Source: Chrysomallon squamiferum
Taxonomy: Eukaryota > Animalia > Mollusca
Direction of reading: 5' to 3'
NCBI GenBank assembly: GCA_012295275.1
Contig: CM022667.1
Span: 10,540,001-10,604,000, forward strand
Length of the DNA stretch: 64,000 nt
Part shown: positions 25,550-40,798 of the stretch, piece after piece
Position numbering within the stretch: the first letter of the stretch is position 1
Layout: every line of letters begins with the position of its first letter
Translations under genes and position numbers: made by a program
Notes under the pieces: model-generated
Told to the model about the DNA's origin: nothing
Seen by the model: the letters and a program-made list of their open reading frames with translations, nothing else
The model's database searches: none

Positions 25550-27328
25550 CTACTGCACTGTATTTATAAACAATACACTTCGGTATAACAGAAACGGTAT
25601 CAGGTTACAATCATTGCTGCAGACGGCTACCATCCTAATCGGAAGCACGATTTCTTCGTCATTGTTTCACGCCTTAGTTGAGAGGCACCGTGTCATTTTT
25701 CGGTTTGTTTTGATTTTGCGACTTTGCAATCATCTGTCTTCCTTCACTAATACCAGTTGATATTGCACAGTTTTAGGTAGTACCAGGAGCGCAGTCAAAA
25801 TTTGAAATAGGAAGAGCAAGCACACACACACACAAAAACACACCATAATGAACGTCTACTCATATCGCAGGTGTGAACTAACGAGTTAAAAACATTTATT
25901 GAAAATGCAGCAGTCTTCTTGCTCACCCTCTAGCTACGCCACTTTGTGTTTTAAAACTGATAATAAACGACTGCAAGTTTAAATTAAACAAATATACAAG
26001 TTCAGTAATCGTACATTTAGTGTTACTTTCACTCCGGGTATTGGTTATTATTATTCGTGCCACAAAATTACCAGTCTTTCTAATTTATCCTGTCAGTTGG
26101 TCTGAGTAACTTAACCGTCTCTGAAAAAACAAAAACAAAAACAAAAACAAAAAAACAGTTGCCGTATCACATTCACATAATAACAACAGCCACATTAAAA
26201 ATAAATGATGCAGCAACTGTTATCTTGTATAACAGTAACAGATGTATTAGAATAATGACTAGCAGAAAAGGTGGTTGAAGTTATTGATATTAGTAATACT
26301 ATTACAGTAGTAGTAGTAGTAGTAGTACATGCAGAAAAACAGTAATATAATCTTACAATTTATTATTTAAGCACCAGAAACTGTCCTTGGCTATTTATAT
26401 ACGGGGAAAAAAAGGTAATTTAATATACTAGGAATAAACAAAAGCAAAACAAAAACGCAGAAAACAAAAGCAAAGCAAAACAAAACAACAATAAAAAATC
26501 AGCGTTATCATTTGATCAAATCTAGTTTATTACAAAACGGTTCATTGTACCAATTGCAATATGTAGGAGATTTATAACAAAGAAGAATTTAAAAATTTTT
26601 TAAAAAATTAATGCTAAAATTGGTGGTGATGGACATTCAATTAGGTCTACTGATTATGTTAAAGCAGTTTTTCAGAATGAAAAAAAAACAAAACAAAAAC
26701 GGCTGTTTTTCAGTAATTATTGTTACATAATTATTGTCATTACATGTGTCCCATTTACGCTCTAAATGGTAATTTTTTGCTGTCTCAGTCAAAATAATAA
26801 TTATATGTTTGTATTAAGGGCAAAGGATTCTCTTTTTTTTACTTTTTTTTAACTCTGTCAAAACAATTCGTCAAGGGGAATAACTCTTGAAATCTTAGGT
26901 ATAACTTCACTCCACATCGGCTACAGTTATACATAGGCACCGACAAATATATTAATTTGCGACTATATTTGTTTCCGAACAGATATTTAAGTATGACATT
27001 AAAATATTTCTGAACTGTCATAAAATGGATTATATTCTAAGTATATAATGTCTTTGGTCTGTTTCATTTTTTTTTTTTTTTTTTTTTAAACTGGTAGTTC
27101 GGTGATAAACACTGATTGCGAAGTTAAACATTTTGTTAATATGAGGCAGATAAAAAGTCAGAATAAAAAATTAAAGTCGTAAACCATTTCAGTACGAATT
27201 TATATTACATTGCATGTTAAAAACCATGTACAAATTATAAATTTATATTTTTAATATATAACAAGTAATTATTAATAATTAACTTTAAACTATATCCAGG
27301 CGGGTTAAGAGTAATGTGGGTGATGTTT

Positions 27329-27363
<35 letters not shown>

Positions 27364-29097
27364 CAAATAATTAAATATATAAATAAAAATGATAGCTGAG
27401 GATCTAATAATTCTTTTAATACAAAAGGTTTACTCAGTCTATTAAGTTATTTCTTGTCATTTTTCTCTTTTGTTTTGTTTTGAAAGATAATAATTTAAAA
27501 AAAGTAATAATAATAATAATATTATTATTATATAGATTATCAAATAGAATATGTATATTTTGATTATTTCTGAATAATGATAACAAATGATTATAGAGTA
27601 ATATTAATATATCAGTTTTATAAATGAATGGTCAAAAATTATTTCTATCCCAAAAAATATATAGGCTAATTATTTGTAAGCAGTATTTATATTGCTTCTA
27701 TTTCTTCTTCTTCTTATTATTATTATTATTTTCTAAATTAATGCTGAATAATTATCTTCATATAAATAATAGCTAAATAAAATATTTGTAAATATTACAA
27801 CTTAAACAGTTATTTAAAATATCAAATACCGATTTTGTTAATACCTTTTACAGAAAGCAAAACGTCCAAGCAAACTTTCTTCTGCATTTCACGGTTACTC
27901 TAATAACTGCTATTTTGTACATGGTATATCGCTGTAACAATGTTCACGCCCGGGAAAAATATATTTGTTGCCATGTCAACCGAACCACTGACAGAAACTG
28001 GCTCTTTTGTTTTTTTCCTCCATTGTCGCTTAACACAAAGGCGTGAAGGAATGCACGGTCTTGCGAAAGGACGAAAGAATATCGGGGTTAAACAAGTGTT
28101 GTTCATAATTTTATTAAAGTACGTATATACCAAAAATCTGTTAATGAAAGATGGATTACTTCCATCCTTATTTCTTTTGTTCTTAATAATAACACTTTCG
28201 TTTTGTTGTTTGTTTGTTGCGGTTTTTTTTGTTGTTTTTTTGTTGTTGTTTTTTGTTGTTGTTTTTTTATTTTAATAAACACTGTTATGTCTCTTAAAAT
28301 TATGATTATTATAATAACATTTGATACCGTCGTCGTTGTAGAATAGGGGTTGTGATAGTTGCAGTTGTCATTGCAATAGTAACAGTGGTCACAATGGTAT
28401 TGCTATAGCAGTCGGAGTAATGGTGGTAGTGGTAGCAGTAGTAATAGCAGTGTGGTTGTAGTAGTAACGGCAACAGTAACAGCACTAGTAGTAATAGTAG
28501 TAGTATAAGTAATATTAGGAGATATACTAATATAGTGATGTTTATAGTAATGTTAGTGTTAATAACATTACTTGTTATTATAGTGGTGATAGCAGCAGCA
28601 ATAGTAGCTGTAGATGAAGAAGTTGTAATAGTAGCACACGTATTGTTATTGTCACTGACATAGTTTAGTTGTAGTACTTGTTATAATAATACTGTTGTAA
28701 AAGTTCTTCTAACTTGTTGTTGTTGTAGCTGTCATTGTAGTTGCAATGGTTATTGTTGTTATTGTCCTTTTTACTGTTTGTTGTTGTTGTTGTTGTTAAT
28801 GTTTTTCCTGTAAGTATAGCAGTAGTAGTAATGTTAACGTTTCTGCTCCAGTTCTAGTATAATGATATCGAAAGCGTGCGTGCAGGCAGACAACAAAATG
28901 AATGAGAAGGAACAGCAAGGTTAGATAAACTAGTTTCTACTGTTTAAAGTACGTATATCTAAATAGTTCAGTTAATAGCAAGCACGTTGATTATTTGCCA
29001 TTCTTCTGCTCAACATTTTTTACTTTTCTTTTCTTTTTATCTTTCTGTTTTAATTTTCTTCATTTTATTTTTTCTGTTGTTATATATAAAAGAAAGA

Positions 29098-29770
29098 ACT
29101 TACGAGTTTTTCGAGTTACATGTCGCCCGGGGTCGATTTTTGGCTTTGAGTTGCGAGCTTCAGCTACGCCGCCGCAACGAACAACATAACATCCGGACAG
29201 CATCACGCGTCTCACTTCACGTGGTTACCTCGCTGCGGAAGCATCCCCGTTGTGTTGTGCTCGCGTTTTGTGCAATATTTCGCCAAATTTCTTTTTTGTG
29301 GCCATGGATCCTAAGAAAGTGAGTACAAAGGACGGTGCTGAGAGAAGAAGATGATGTCCATTGAATTAAAGCATGAATTCATAGAAAAACATAAGCGAGG
29401 TGTGCTTGTAGTCGACTTAGCTAGGCAGTACGAGCATAGTACTTTTACGATATGTACCATACTGATGCTGCAGGAGTCTATAAAGGCTGTATCTCCAGCC
29501 AAAGGCGTTAAAATAATTTGTCTGATCTCCAAGATAAATACACTTTACAAAACCAATTTATTTATTTACATTCTCTTTTATTTTGTTTTTATTCAATATT
29601 TATCATTTATAAATACATTTTTGTTATTTAAAGACATGTTACAAAAAAATAGAGTGCTTTTTGGGGTCTGGGACAGATTAATGGTATTTCATTTAATTTC
29701 AGGTGGAAAAGTTTATTTGATATACGACTCGGTCACGGAACGAATTAAACTCCTAAGTCAAGGTACCATG
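29098..29770 (+). mobile_element. Internally deleted Tigger/pogo-family DNA transposon (TIGD1-like N-terminal HTH fragment)
   Basis: Frameshifted transposase start MDPKKVSTKDGAE / MMSIELKHEFIEKHKRGVLVVDLARQYEHSTFTICTIL..ESIKAVSPAKGVKII (CENP-B/psq-type HTH). The 3' terminus ..GAACGAATTAAACTCCTAAGTCAAGGTACCATG-TA resembles a Tigger TIR, with a partial matching left TIR (ACTTACGAGTTT) at ~29098. Confidence 0.8.
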
Positions 29771-29808
29771 TATATGTATATATATTTTTTATTATTAATT
29801 TCTTTTTA

Positions 29809-29894
<86 letters not shown>

Positions 29895-30574
29895 CTCTCT
29901 CTCTCCTATGCATTGTTTAAAAAGGGAAAGGGATTACACAGTTTTTCTTTTTTATACTAATAGTAAACCAAAACGAAGCAAAAATAGAATAAAACTTATT
30001 CCGACAAAGACTGTCATAAACTACAAGATCACCCTTCAGTTATACAACGTTAGTGTTTCCAGTAAGATTAGGCTGCAATACACACACAGGGCAAACAGTC
30101 TCAAATTTGCAAATTTATTTCCGTAAAAGATTTGTGTAAGCATTTGATACTAGAGAGGAAATCCATGTACTCGGGCCCAGGTCCATCGACGTCATCAGAT
30201 ATTTTATAATCACGAACAGAGTAAAGCACACACCAACGACTAGTCGTGGGACATTGGCTGGATCGGGAAATTAGTTAAATAAATGCTCCGATGATTATCT
30301 TTTTTCCACGGGGTCGCTCTAACCAGTATGTCATCACGTGCTCATGTCAGAATAACATGGATTATTTTGTATGATTATGCAAAAAAAAAAAAAAAAAAAA
30401 AAACAAGAAATAAATAAGCATTCTTCGGTAAATGAGGAAAGCTTACCCAGTGAAATCTTACACCTTGTTGTCTGAGCTAGTAAGAAACACGAAGTCTCAT
30501 TAGGTATCCAGGGTTTTTGATGTTGCTGCATTATTCTCACCTATAATTTTTAATTTTTTGCTTATCCTTCTTCA

Positions 30575-30835
30575 TCTTTCATCATCATCATCATCATCAT
30601 CTTCATCATCATTATTATTTTTTATTAATATTATTATTATTTATCCCGAAACGGTAAGCGACAAAGAGAGAAGACGATAGCAAACTGTAACAAAACGCTC
30701 ATAATTTTTTTTTCTTATTCTTTTCATCATCGTCATCATTTTTATTATTAACGTTATTATTTACCCCCGAAATGACACTGGGCAGTAAAAACAAAGGGAG
30801 AAGTGGATAGCAAAATGTAACAAAACGTTCATGGT
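30575..30835. repeat. Imperfect direct duplication (two copies of roughly 130 bp)
   Basis: (CAT)n..TTATTATTAT..CCCGAAA..ACAAAG(A/G)GAGAAG..GATAGCAAA(C/A)TGTAACAAAACG(C/T)TCAT occurs twice in tandem. Confidence 0.7.
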
Positions 30836-31154
30836 TTAACACAGTTTATTTTGCACCTTTTTCTTATGTACAGTCATTCATACGTCAACAAGAATTGACG
30901 CTGAACATTTCTGAACGACAAAATTTTACCAACAAAAATACAGAAAAATCTTCTAATAGTAACAGATTTCATACAGCATTTATTTCAGTCAACAACAATA
31001 AAACTCAACATCATTAAAAACAAATACCCAGTCTGTTGAGTTAATGTGACTCGCTGCTAGAAAAAAGTATATAATGTTATTCATTTTCCTTTTCTTCATC
31101 TTTTTCTTTTTCTTCTTTTGTTGTTGTTGTTGTTGTAACTTCTTTATTTTGGTT

Positions 31155-31242
31155 TTTATTTATTTATTTATTTACTTATTTGTTTATTTATTTATTTATT
31201 TATTTAACTGTGAGACCACTGAGATGTATTACAAGAATTTGT

Positions 31243-31284
<42 letters not shown>

Positions 31285-31303
31285 GTGAGACCACTGAGAT
31301 GTA
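31155..31303. repeat. Tandem duplication of a (TTTA)n + ACTGTGAGACCACTGAGATGTAT unit
   Basis: The identical 23-nt core appears twice, each preceded by (TTTA)n. Confidence 0.85.
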
Positions 31304-31997
31304 TAAAATACAAGAATTAAAATGATCTCAATTAAATTATTACAATAGATCTAAAATATTTTAGTATATACTTTTAAACATGTATTTTTTGTTAAAAACA
31401 CAAAATTACATTTGAATTTACATTGCAAATTAATGTCGTTGTTACAGATATCGCTACAAACACGTCGTCAACGTCATCAATTTAATACTAACGTCAACAT
31501 TTTAATTACTAAAGGCTCACATTTGTTATAATAATAATAATAATAATAATAATCATAATCATACCATAAAATAAAAAATAAAAGAATCAACAACGTAATT
31601 ACCTATATCATTTCATTTACCACATGTAAGAAAAACAAAAATACACACGTTCTTTCAGTTAATACGTCAGTTATATAGAACAAGTAATAGAAGGTTATTA
31701 TCCAAGTAAATAAACAAATAATAATAACAAACAAGAACCAGCGTTTATGTTATATCCTACAATATTTTTATTTGTTTTTTATTTGATTTGTTTTTGAATT
31801 TTTGTTTGTTTGTTGTTGGTTTTTTTTAGTGTTGTCGCTATTATTGTTTGTATTATTTCTGAGAGACGCATACATTTGTTACAAATTATTATATAAAAAA
31901 AGATAAATATGGGTAAGAATATAAATATAGGTGTCTATGTAAATTGCGGTACATGTATTATATATGTCTGTGTGTGTACGTGTATGTGTGCGCATGC

Positions 31998-32033
<36 letters not shown>

Positions 32034-34168
32034 ATCACAAATGTACATGTATTTGCACGTTACTTATGTTATCTATGCAGACAAAAATGAAATAGAAAAG
32101 ACTTGCTTTTGTCAGTGAGTACATGTGTAGGTACATTTTCACTGCAAATAACGAAATACACAACTTTGACAAAGAAATGTCTTTATTTGTAAAAACATTT
32201 CAGCTGTATAAAATAATTAATGAAACAAACGCACATAAAGGGCTAAATACGTAGATCTAACAATCACTTTTTTATCCTTTTTCAAACACAAATTACCTCA
32301 GGGCTTATTTGACCATTCAGCTGTGCCTCTAATGTAGCCTATATATATATATATATAGATATATACATATAATTATATTTACAAAATGATATTATCACAA
32401 CAGCACGAGAACAGAATTAAATGCCATGCCAAAGAAACATATTATTACGTTAAAATCACAAGTGTTTTTGAAGTAGTAACAAAGCAAAATAAAATAATTA
32501 GGATAAACCGCTTTAAATTAACAATAATTGTCTTCCACTCACACATAGTGAAACGTGAGAGTACATCTGCACGCAAACGCACACACGTACACGTACAATA
32601 GGCTTTGTAATTTAATTTTTGCTTAAATAACATAAAAGAAACTTTATTTGAGTTGTGTCTTTTTTTAAACATTCTGCTCTTCTGTTGTTTTGTTTTACTA
32701 CTAAACATAAAAAGAAATATATATATATATATATGTAAAGCAAAAACACAAATATAGATAAAACAAGAAAAACAAAGACAACAAGAAGAAACAATATTTT
32801 AATGAAGCATTTTCAAAACACACACCATATTGCCTTGTTTTCTATCATTTTCACCACCCTGGGGCTTATACACGCCCTTAAATCTATTAACTAAGTCACA
32901 CCCCTATAACTATAGCCATGGATAAAACAGGTTGAAAAATCTTTGTTCGCAGACAACAGAAGCATTAAAAAAAAAAAAAAAAAAAGGAAAAAAAAAACAT
33001 TTTTAAAATTGAAAAATTGAAAAAATAAAAAATAAATAAATTAATAAATAAAATTAAAAAATTTAAAATAATAATATTAATAATAAAAAAAAAAAATAAA
33101 TAAATAAATAAATAAATAAAAAAAATAATAATTAAAAAAATATAAATTCCATTAAAATAATGACAATGAAAAATAAAAATAATAATTAAAAAAATATAAA
33201 TTTAATTAAAATAATGACAATGAAAAATAATAATAATAAAAAAGAATCCATGACCATAAATATTAATATATGCAATTACAGAATTGCAATGCATGAATAT
33301 TCACTTGTTATTTCATTTAGTTATAGTGTTATTATTAGTATCATGTCATAAAGTTGGTACTGAAACATAATTGACAAAAAAAAAGAAGAAAAAATTTCTT
33401 ATAAATTTAGAACAGAAACCAAGAAATAAAATGGCCGAAAAAAAGCAAATAGAAGAAGCAAAAATTGTTATTTTGTAAGCATTTGTAATGGATAATAATA
33501 ATAATAATAATAACAATAACAATAATAATTATAGTAATAACAATATATCAATGATAACAATTATAATAATAATAATAATAATAGTAATAATAATAATAAC
33601 CTAACATAATCATGACAATTACATCAATAATAACAACAATAACAAAATAATAATAAAATTAATAATAATAATAATAATAATAGTAATATGCACATTCTTT
33701 CACACGTACATGAATACATGTCATATAGACTGTTGATTTTTTATTCATGTTTATTTTTAAAATTCATAAATCACAGATAACAGATTTAATCTACTGCTTT
33801 TACAGTGAACATCATGTAATACGTACATATTAAATAATGTCCACACAAGCATATATAACCACAGTAATCATGAAAAATATTTTAAAAACACATTATATAC
33901 ATACCTCCAGTAGAGTATCACAGCCTAAGTTTCTATCCTAGAGGACATTTTTATGTAATAGTTTATTCTAAATTTGTACTTAATAATAGTTTTACCTACT
34001 TTCTACCCACATATATTAACATTTATTCTAAATATGTACAAAACAGTCTATTCTGCTTTCTAAGTAATTTTGTCTTTATTTATTAATTTAAATAATGAAT
34101 ATTTAAACCTTTCCCAAATCTTTAATATCTTTTTTTTTATTATTTAAACTGTATTAAAACTATCTTAA

Positions 34169-34232
<64 letters not shown>

Positions 34233-35704
34233 CTATTATTAATAGTTGTTATTATTATTATTATTATTTTAAATTAACATCTATTTTAACACTGGTTTAT
34301 TTATCGCAAGTTCAAAGTAATAATCTAATTCAAAATAAACATTCACAGCTCTGTAACTACATTAACTCAGTTTTGATTAATAACAATACTTTGATAGTTT
34401 CACTGCTTCTAATCTGAATGATGATCGTGTATGACAGAAGAAAATCATTATGGCTTTCTCTCAAATTCTGTCAGGGGATTTTCTTCATATTAAACAATTT
34501 TTATTTACATTTAGGCAAATGTTCATTAATTTGTTCATACGGTCTGCAGTGTATTAAGCAAAACATAAATCACTTTGTAGCACTATACAGGTTAGTATAA
34601 AATTTAAAAAAAACAACTGTAATGAAACGGGTTTCCTTAAAAACCGTAATTCACTGAAAACGAGGGAAAAAATAATTTTATGTAAATTGAATAACAAAAT
34701 TTTCAGCTATTAAAACTGAAAAAAATTGAAATAAAAGTAAGCAACAACAAATAACAAAAGCACATTAGCACTGCAGACATAATCATTTTTTTAAAATAAC
34801 CTCTAAGTTGTAGTAGGCATGATACAAGCAACATACAATGATGATATTACTATGTATGTCTACAAATAGCATTATGAGATTAAAAATATTTTGGCAGAAT
34901 GTTATAAATGATATAAAGGTTGTTTCACTACTTTTTTATAATAAAAATTGTTATTTAAATGTTGTTTATGTACAGAAAAAAAAAATCATAATAATAATTA
35001 TATGGCAAGGATGGCAAGAATTTAGTTAAAAAAAAATATATTTAATAAAAATAAGAATTATATAATAATAATAATGAATGTAATAAAAATAATAATAATA
35101 ATAATAAATGTATTAAATAATAATAATAACATAAACAGTAACAATTATAAAATTATATAATAATAATAATAATAATAATAATACATGACTTTTACTGTCA
35201 GTCTTAATATGTATGTTTCTCACTGGACTTCACTGTCCATGAATATTTTATAATCTTTCTGTTACTGACCATTTACAATACAATGTCACTCAGATTCTAC
35301 ATTCAGACAGGCAGTAAAAACATGTCAAATAAATTGATAAGACAGCATCGAATATATATTATATATAATAGGTAAGATAAAAAGCTACGACAAAAGAACA
35401 TATAATATTCTAATCTATACGTGTGTCTGTATGTGCATCTCTCTTATGTGGAGTGTGTCTGTGTATGTGAACGTAATAATGTAAACAAAATAAAACGTAA
35501 GACAAAACAAAACTACAATGAGATAATATAAAGAGGTTTGTAATACTAATCAAAATAAAGCTGAGGCTATAAAAATGTTTAAAAATACATAAATATAAAA
35601 GCTGCATTAAAATGGTCAGTGATCACACAAGCACTAGGTAACAATAATTAAAGCTACAAGACCTACCTACATAAAAATATTTCTATCAGATTGAAGTCTA
35701 CCTG

Positions 35705-35735
<31 letters not shown>

Positions 35736-37706
35736 ATCTAGTAAAATGATTTATACTTAAAAGTGTATTGCTTTGGGTGACTAAACATCATTAAAATCAA
35801 AGGATAAAAATGAATATAATACTGTTATAAAATATTTTGAACCCGCTGCCACTGTAACATTTTCAAAATGGAGTTGCGACATCATCACATGCATCATGGA
35901 GAGATTACTTGGAACGTTTTTTCCAAGGTCATCAGATGAAACTTAGCTGATGTGATTTGTTCATCAGAAAATAACATCATAAGTGAAGAAAATTTGACCC
36001 AGTCCAGATTGTTTTATACTGTTCCATGTTTTTTTTTTTTTTTATTTTTTTTTGCTTTGTTGTTAATAAAGATCGGATAGCAAACAACAAAACATAACTT
36101 GTAAGTATGCAAAATATATTCGGACTGTTTCTTTGTATTACCAATGGTACACTTTAAAATGTATCCCAATTTGGTATCAGTGTAAAATATATTCTAGTGA
36201 GATCTGTAAGATTTAGTGCACTAGTAGTGATATAAACAAATAATATATATGCATGCTTTGTTTCCTTTCAACGTATTTGAATGTGAGAACAAACTTTGTT
36301 AATAATAAAGGATGGTAATAAAACAATAAACCTAAGAGGATGTATTGAAACTGACATTTCGCCACTTTTTCAATTTGATAAAAAAAATACATATCAAAAA
36401 AATAATATACATAATTTTATAGATGATAATAATAATAATAATAATAATAATCATAATAATCATAATAATAATAATTAATAAGAAGAAGAACAACAATATT
36501 AAATGAATTAATACATTAATACACTGAGTAAATAAAATTATATAATATTAGGCTCATCTATCAGATTCCTAAAAAAAAAAAAGGTGGACAAATGTTAAAA
36601 AAAGATTATTTCATGTAAAAAGACAAAGTCAGCCTCTATGCATCCTCACAAACATTTTATACTGCATTAATGTCGTACTTTATTATTAACAAAGGCAGGC
36701 AGTTATCAAAGGCCTAATTGTTAATACTACTAATGGTAAAAGTTCACAGATATTAATAACAATAAAACAAACAAGCAGATGAAACAAAAACCCAAACAAT
36801 CCCATTAAACAGAAAACAAAATGGCAGACGCAAGGCAAAAACTGAGGCGTGATAAGAATACTAAATTTCTGACCATGATAAATTTGAGGACAGCAATCCT
36901 TTGTTACATATTCATTTTTTTTTTTTTTAAAACCCACACAGATTTAATTATTTATTATGTGTTTAGTAAGAGAAGGATTGAGATAGGAATGATAAATATA
37001 TATTTTTCTCTTTTCATTTTAATTTAAACAGTAAGATGTATTTATTTATAGAGATTTGTATAATTTTTGCTTACAACTACCACTGCTGTTACTACTTCTA
37101 CTATTGTTATCATTATCTTTATCATCAATTCTAGTTATTTATTTACAAAGCAGAAGACCAAAAATCAAAAATGTTTTGATTTATTTAGAAAAAAAATAGT
37201 ACATTATTTTTTTTAACTGATTTACTTATTTGTTGAAATATTTATTTCAACATTTATCTGAAATCTGTACTTATTTATTTCATCATTATCTTATTTATTT
37301 ATTTATTTATTTATTTATTAAAGAAAAACCACCAGCTTAAAAGCCACTATACCAAAATGAAAAATCAATAAAAATGTTTCATGACATTGAAATGTTCCGA
37401 CTCAACTCGGCACAATATAAGTTTCCATTCTGCAGCCAAGGACAGATAATTATCGAAACCCATATAAATCAGATTAACTAATATCAGAGATATTATTGAC
37501 TGCAGTGGCATGATTTAACATTTCAGATGAACTATCGATTTAGTAATAATGTGGGCTGAACATTAAAAAGCTATTTTTGAAAATATTCTTTGAATGAATG
37601 TATGGCTGAATAAAACTGAATATAACCGATACTCTAAGTGGTGTGTCTTTAAGTATTATAAGAAGAAGAAGATATATTTAATTAATGATAACAAATTAAA
37701 GAACAG

Positions 37707-37741
<35 letters not shown>

Positions 37742-38771
37742 TTATAGTAATAATAAAGGTAACAATAATAACAACAATAATAATATTAGTAGTTGTGGTG
37801 GTAGTAGTAGTAGCAGTAGTAACACTGTTATTACTGATAATAATAGCAGCTGTGGTAGTAGTAATCAAAATAATAACAACAGTTGTAGTAAGAACAACAA
37901 CAACAGCAACAACAAAATCCTAACTGGAAAAATAAACATTTAAAAAGTCAAGACCAAGAAAATGAAATAGAAGAAAAATGCCTGTCATCAAATGTAAATG
38001 ATGGTGATGATGATGTAGATGTTAATTATAGGTATCTTTAATTAATTTAATCTTTTGATAGTAAATTATTTTAATTTAGCTTTAAAGAAAAAAGAAAAAA
38101 AAGAGGAAAAAGTAACAGATGCAAAAATAGCAACAACAACAATAATGAGGAAGAATACATAAACAAGTAATTGAATACGTAAGAAAGGTTACAGGTACAA
38201 AGAGTCTATTATATTTTTTTTTCTTCCTACGTCAGTAATGAATGTGTTTACAAAGAAACCCACTCAACCTAAGGTTATGAACCTTGTAGAGCCAACAATC
38301 CAGCTTTTTCTGGCACTTGTCAAAAAGAAAATCACAGTGACGTACGAAGAACATCCTCAAACGTAAACCTTTTCACAACAAAATTTGGACTTCTTCTCAG
38401 TGCTTGCATTAAACAGGTCCTCCTTATTCATAATCTGATCGTAACAAAAACCGATTATCCCATTTCTCAATTTGTAGATTAAGGTAACATAGTGTACGTA
38501 AAAGTAATTGGAACAAAGACCCATTCTTCGGCTTTGCAATGCCTGACTTGGCAGCAGTTAGTGACTTGTGACTGAAAGCAAGGTCACTGACACATAAATC
38601 AATGTCTTGTTGGTCCATGTCCCCATTTTGGGTAAACTTGATAGTCCTGAGAAAATGTGAATGACATTTGAGACCATTGATACTGGCAAGTAACATGATA
38701 ACTGTGACGTAGCTTTAGCGTTTTGAATAGAGTACTAAAATGTGCTATGTGTACATACACACATACTATAC

Positions 38772-38813
<42 letters not shown>

Positions 38814-39340
38814 TCACATACAAGTAGCTGATAAAAAGATCTTGTGCAAGAATTGATTTTCAAAACTTTCGGTCTAAATAAGATAAAACCCATCTGTAGT
38901 TTAAATACGTAATTTAATCAAATTTAATACAGATACCAAACGATATGAACCTTTATGTGATTTTATGTAGAATAAGTGAACAGACTCAGGATATTACTGA
39001 AAATCAAATGAAAAAAATTAACTAGAATTGTATAATAATAATGATACTAATGTTAAGGACAGAGAAAAATACCAAATCTGGGAATAAATGCCTGTAATAC
39101 TGTAATAAGATATTTTCCTTAATCTTTATATTTTATACTCTATATTTTATTATGTACGCATGTAACAAATGTAAAACAGTAAATGGATTCTCTATAGGTA
39201 AACCTTTATATTAATGTTGACGATATACTACTATAATAAATATGGCACATAACACAGACAATTTTATATACACTAATTTTAACAGATAACAGAATATACT
39301 TTAGATCAATGCTGACAAAATACTACAGTGTCATATGACA

Positions 39341-39537
39341 CTAATGTTGACAGTATGCTAGTATAAAATGACAGATTTAGTGGTACTAATGGTGACAGTA
39401 TGCTAGTATAACGGAGAGATTTAGTGGTACTAATGTTGACAGTATGCTAGTATAACTTGACAGATTCAGTGGTACTAATGTTGACAGTATGCTAGCATGA
39501 CATGACAAAAATGATGCTAATGTTGACAGTATATTGT
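39341..39537. repeat. ~45-bp minisatellite, about 4.5 copies
   Basis: The unit CTAATGTTGACAGTATGCTAGTATAA..GACAGATTTAGTGGTA is repeated with few substitutions. Confidence 0.9.
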
Positions 39538-40315
39538 GACAGATGATCAATAATAAGTATGCTGTTATTATTGTTGTTGTTGCTGTTGCTCTTTTTGTTG
39601 TTGCTGTTGTTGTGGTTGCTGTTGCTGTTGTTATTATTATTATTATTATTATTATCTTCATTTCAAACAACACTTCAGGTGTGTAAGAAATTGAAAGAAA
39701 TTTTAATCTATTTTTCTTAATTTTCTTCAGACACTAAAACAGGACATGATCAATTACTGTTTCAGTATCATGAAAGAACACAATAAATTCCTATGAATCA
39801 CTAACATAAATCAACTGAAAGGTAATTTGCAAGTCTTGGGACTAAAACTGCCATTACCATACTTCGGAAATAACAGAAACCATTGTAAGAAAATCCAGAT
39901 CAATTGTTCATAATTTTCTAAAGCGATACACATCTTCTGCTCAAAGCAGCTTTTAATTTGTTGAATAGTAAATTTTCTGATATATTCAAGTGAATAATTA
40001 AAGAACCAAGGATAATTTGTTTTCTATAGTGATTAGTTTTGAATAACACTTTAACCATACTATTTTGGCAGTTGTGTAAATTGTTAAACAGAAGAAAAGA
40101 TGGGTTTTTTTTCTTTTTGGTGTTGTTTTTTTTAGTGACATCTGACACCCACCATCTATTTAAAATAGGATTTTTTATTTTTAATTTGAGTATCTAATTT
40201 TGTAACCTTCAATTGTGGTGAGAGCTTCATTTTATAAATAATAATAAAAATTTCAAATGTAATCTCAAAATTCAGTATATCAATAATCTGCTGATAAATA
40301 ATTGATTTTTTAATT

Positions 40316-40346
<31 letters not shown>

Positions 40347-40753
40347 TTTTTCTAAAGGATAAGGCTTACAATTAAGATCGGTATATATTCATTTTTATTC
40401 TTCTTGTTTTTTTTTGTTTTTTTTTATTTATACCATTACTATTACTAATACAACTATTTCTTACTTGCACACATACAGACATACATACATACTCACAAAA
40501 AAATTGTAACATCAATAAATGAAACAACAAATAGATTGAAATTCTAAATATTGTTTTTGATCTTGAATGACCTTGATTAAAATGAAAAAGTTAATAAGAA
40601 AGGATATTGTTCAGTGATCACAAAAATGAAAATAGCTATATATATAATACATACTTTATGTATCAACATTCATGTTTATAATTAAAACCTGTTAAATCAC
40701 AGTTTTATTATTTTACTTTACACTACCTATGCTAACAAGGAAGTATGAATAAC

Positions 40754-40798
<45 letters not shown>

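Noticed and set aside
28320-28830. GTA/GTT/GCA-rich stretch resembling a low-complexity coding region (also 37594-37923)
   Set aside because: Degenerate trinucleotide repeat with stops and no splice support.
39341-39537. Regularly spaced repeats superficially like a CRISPR array
   Set aside because: The intervening sequences are themselves repeated (no unique spacers), the context is eukaryotic, and there are no cas genes; it is a minisatellite.
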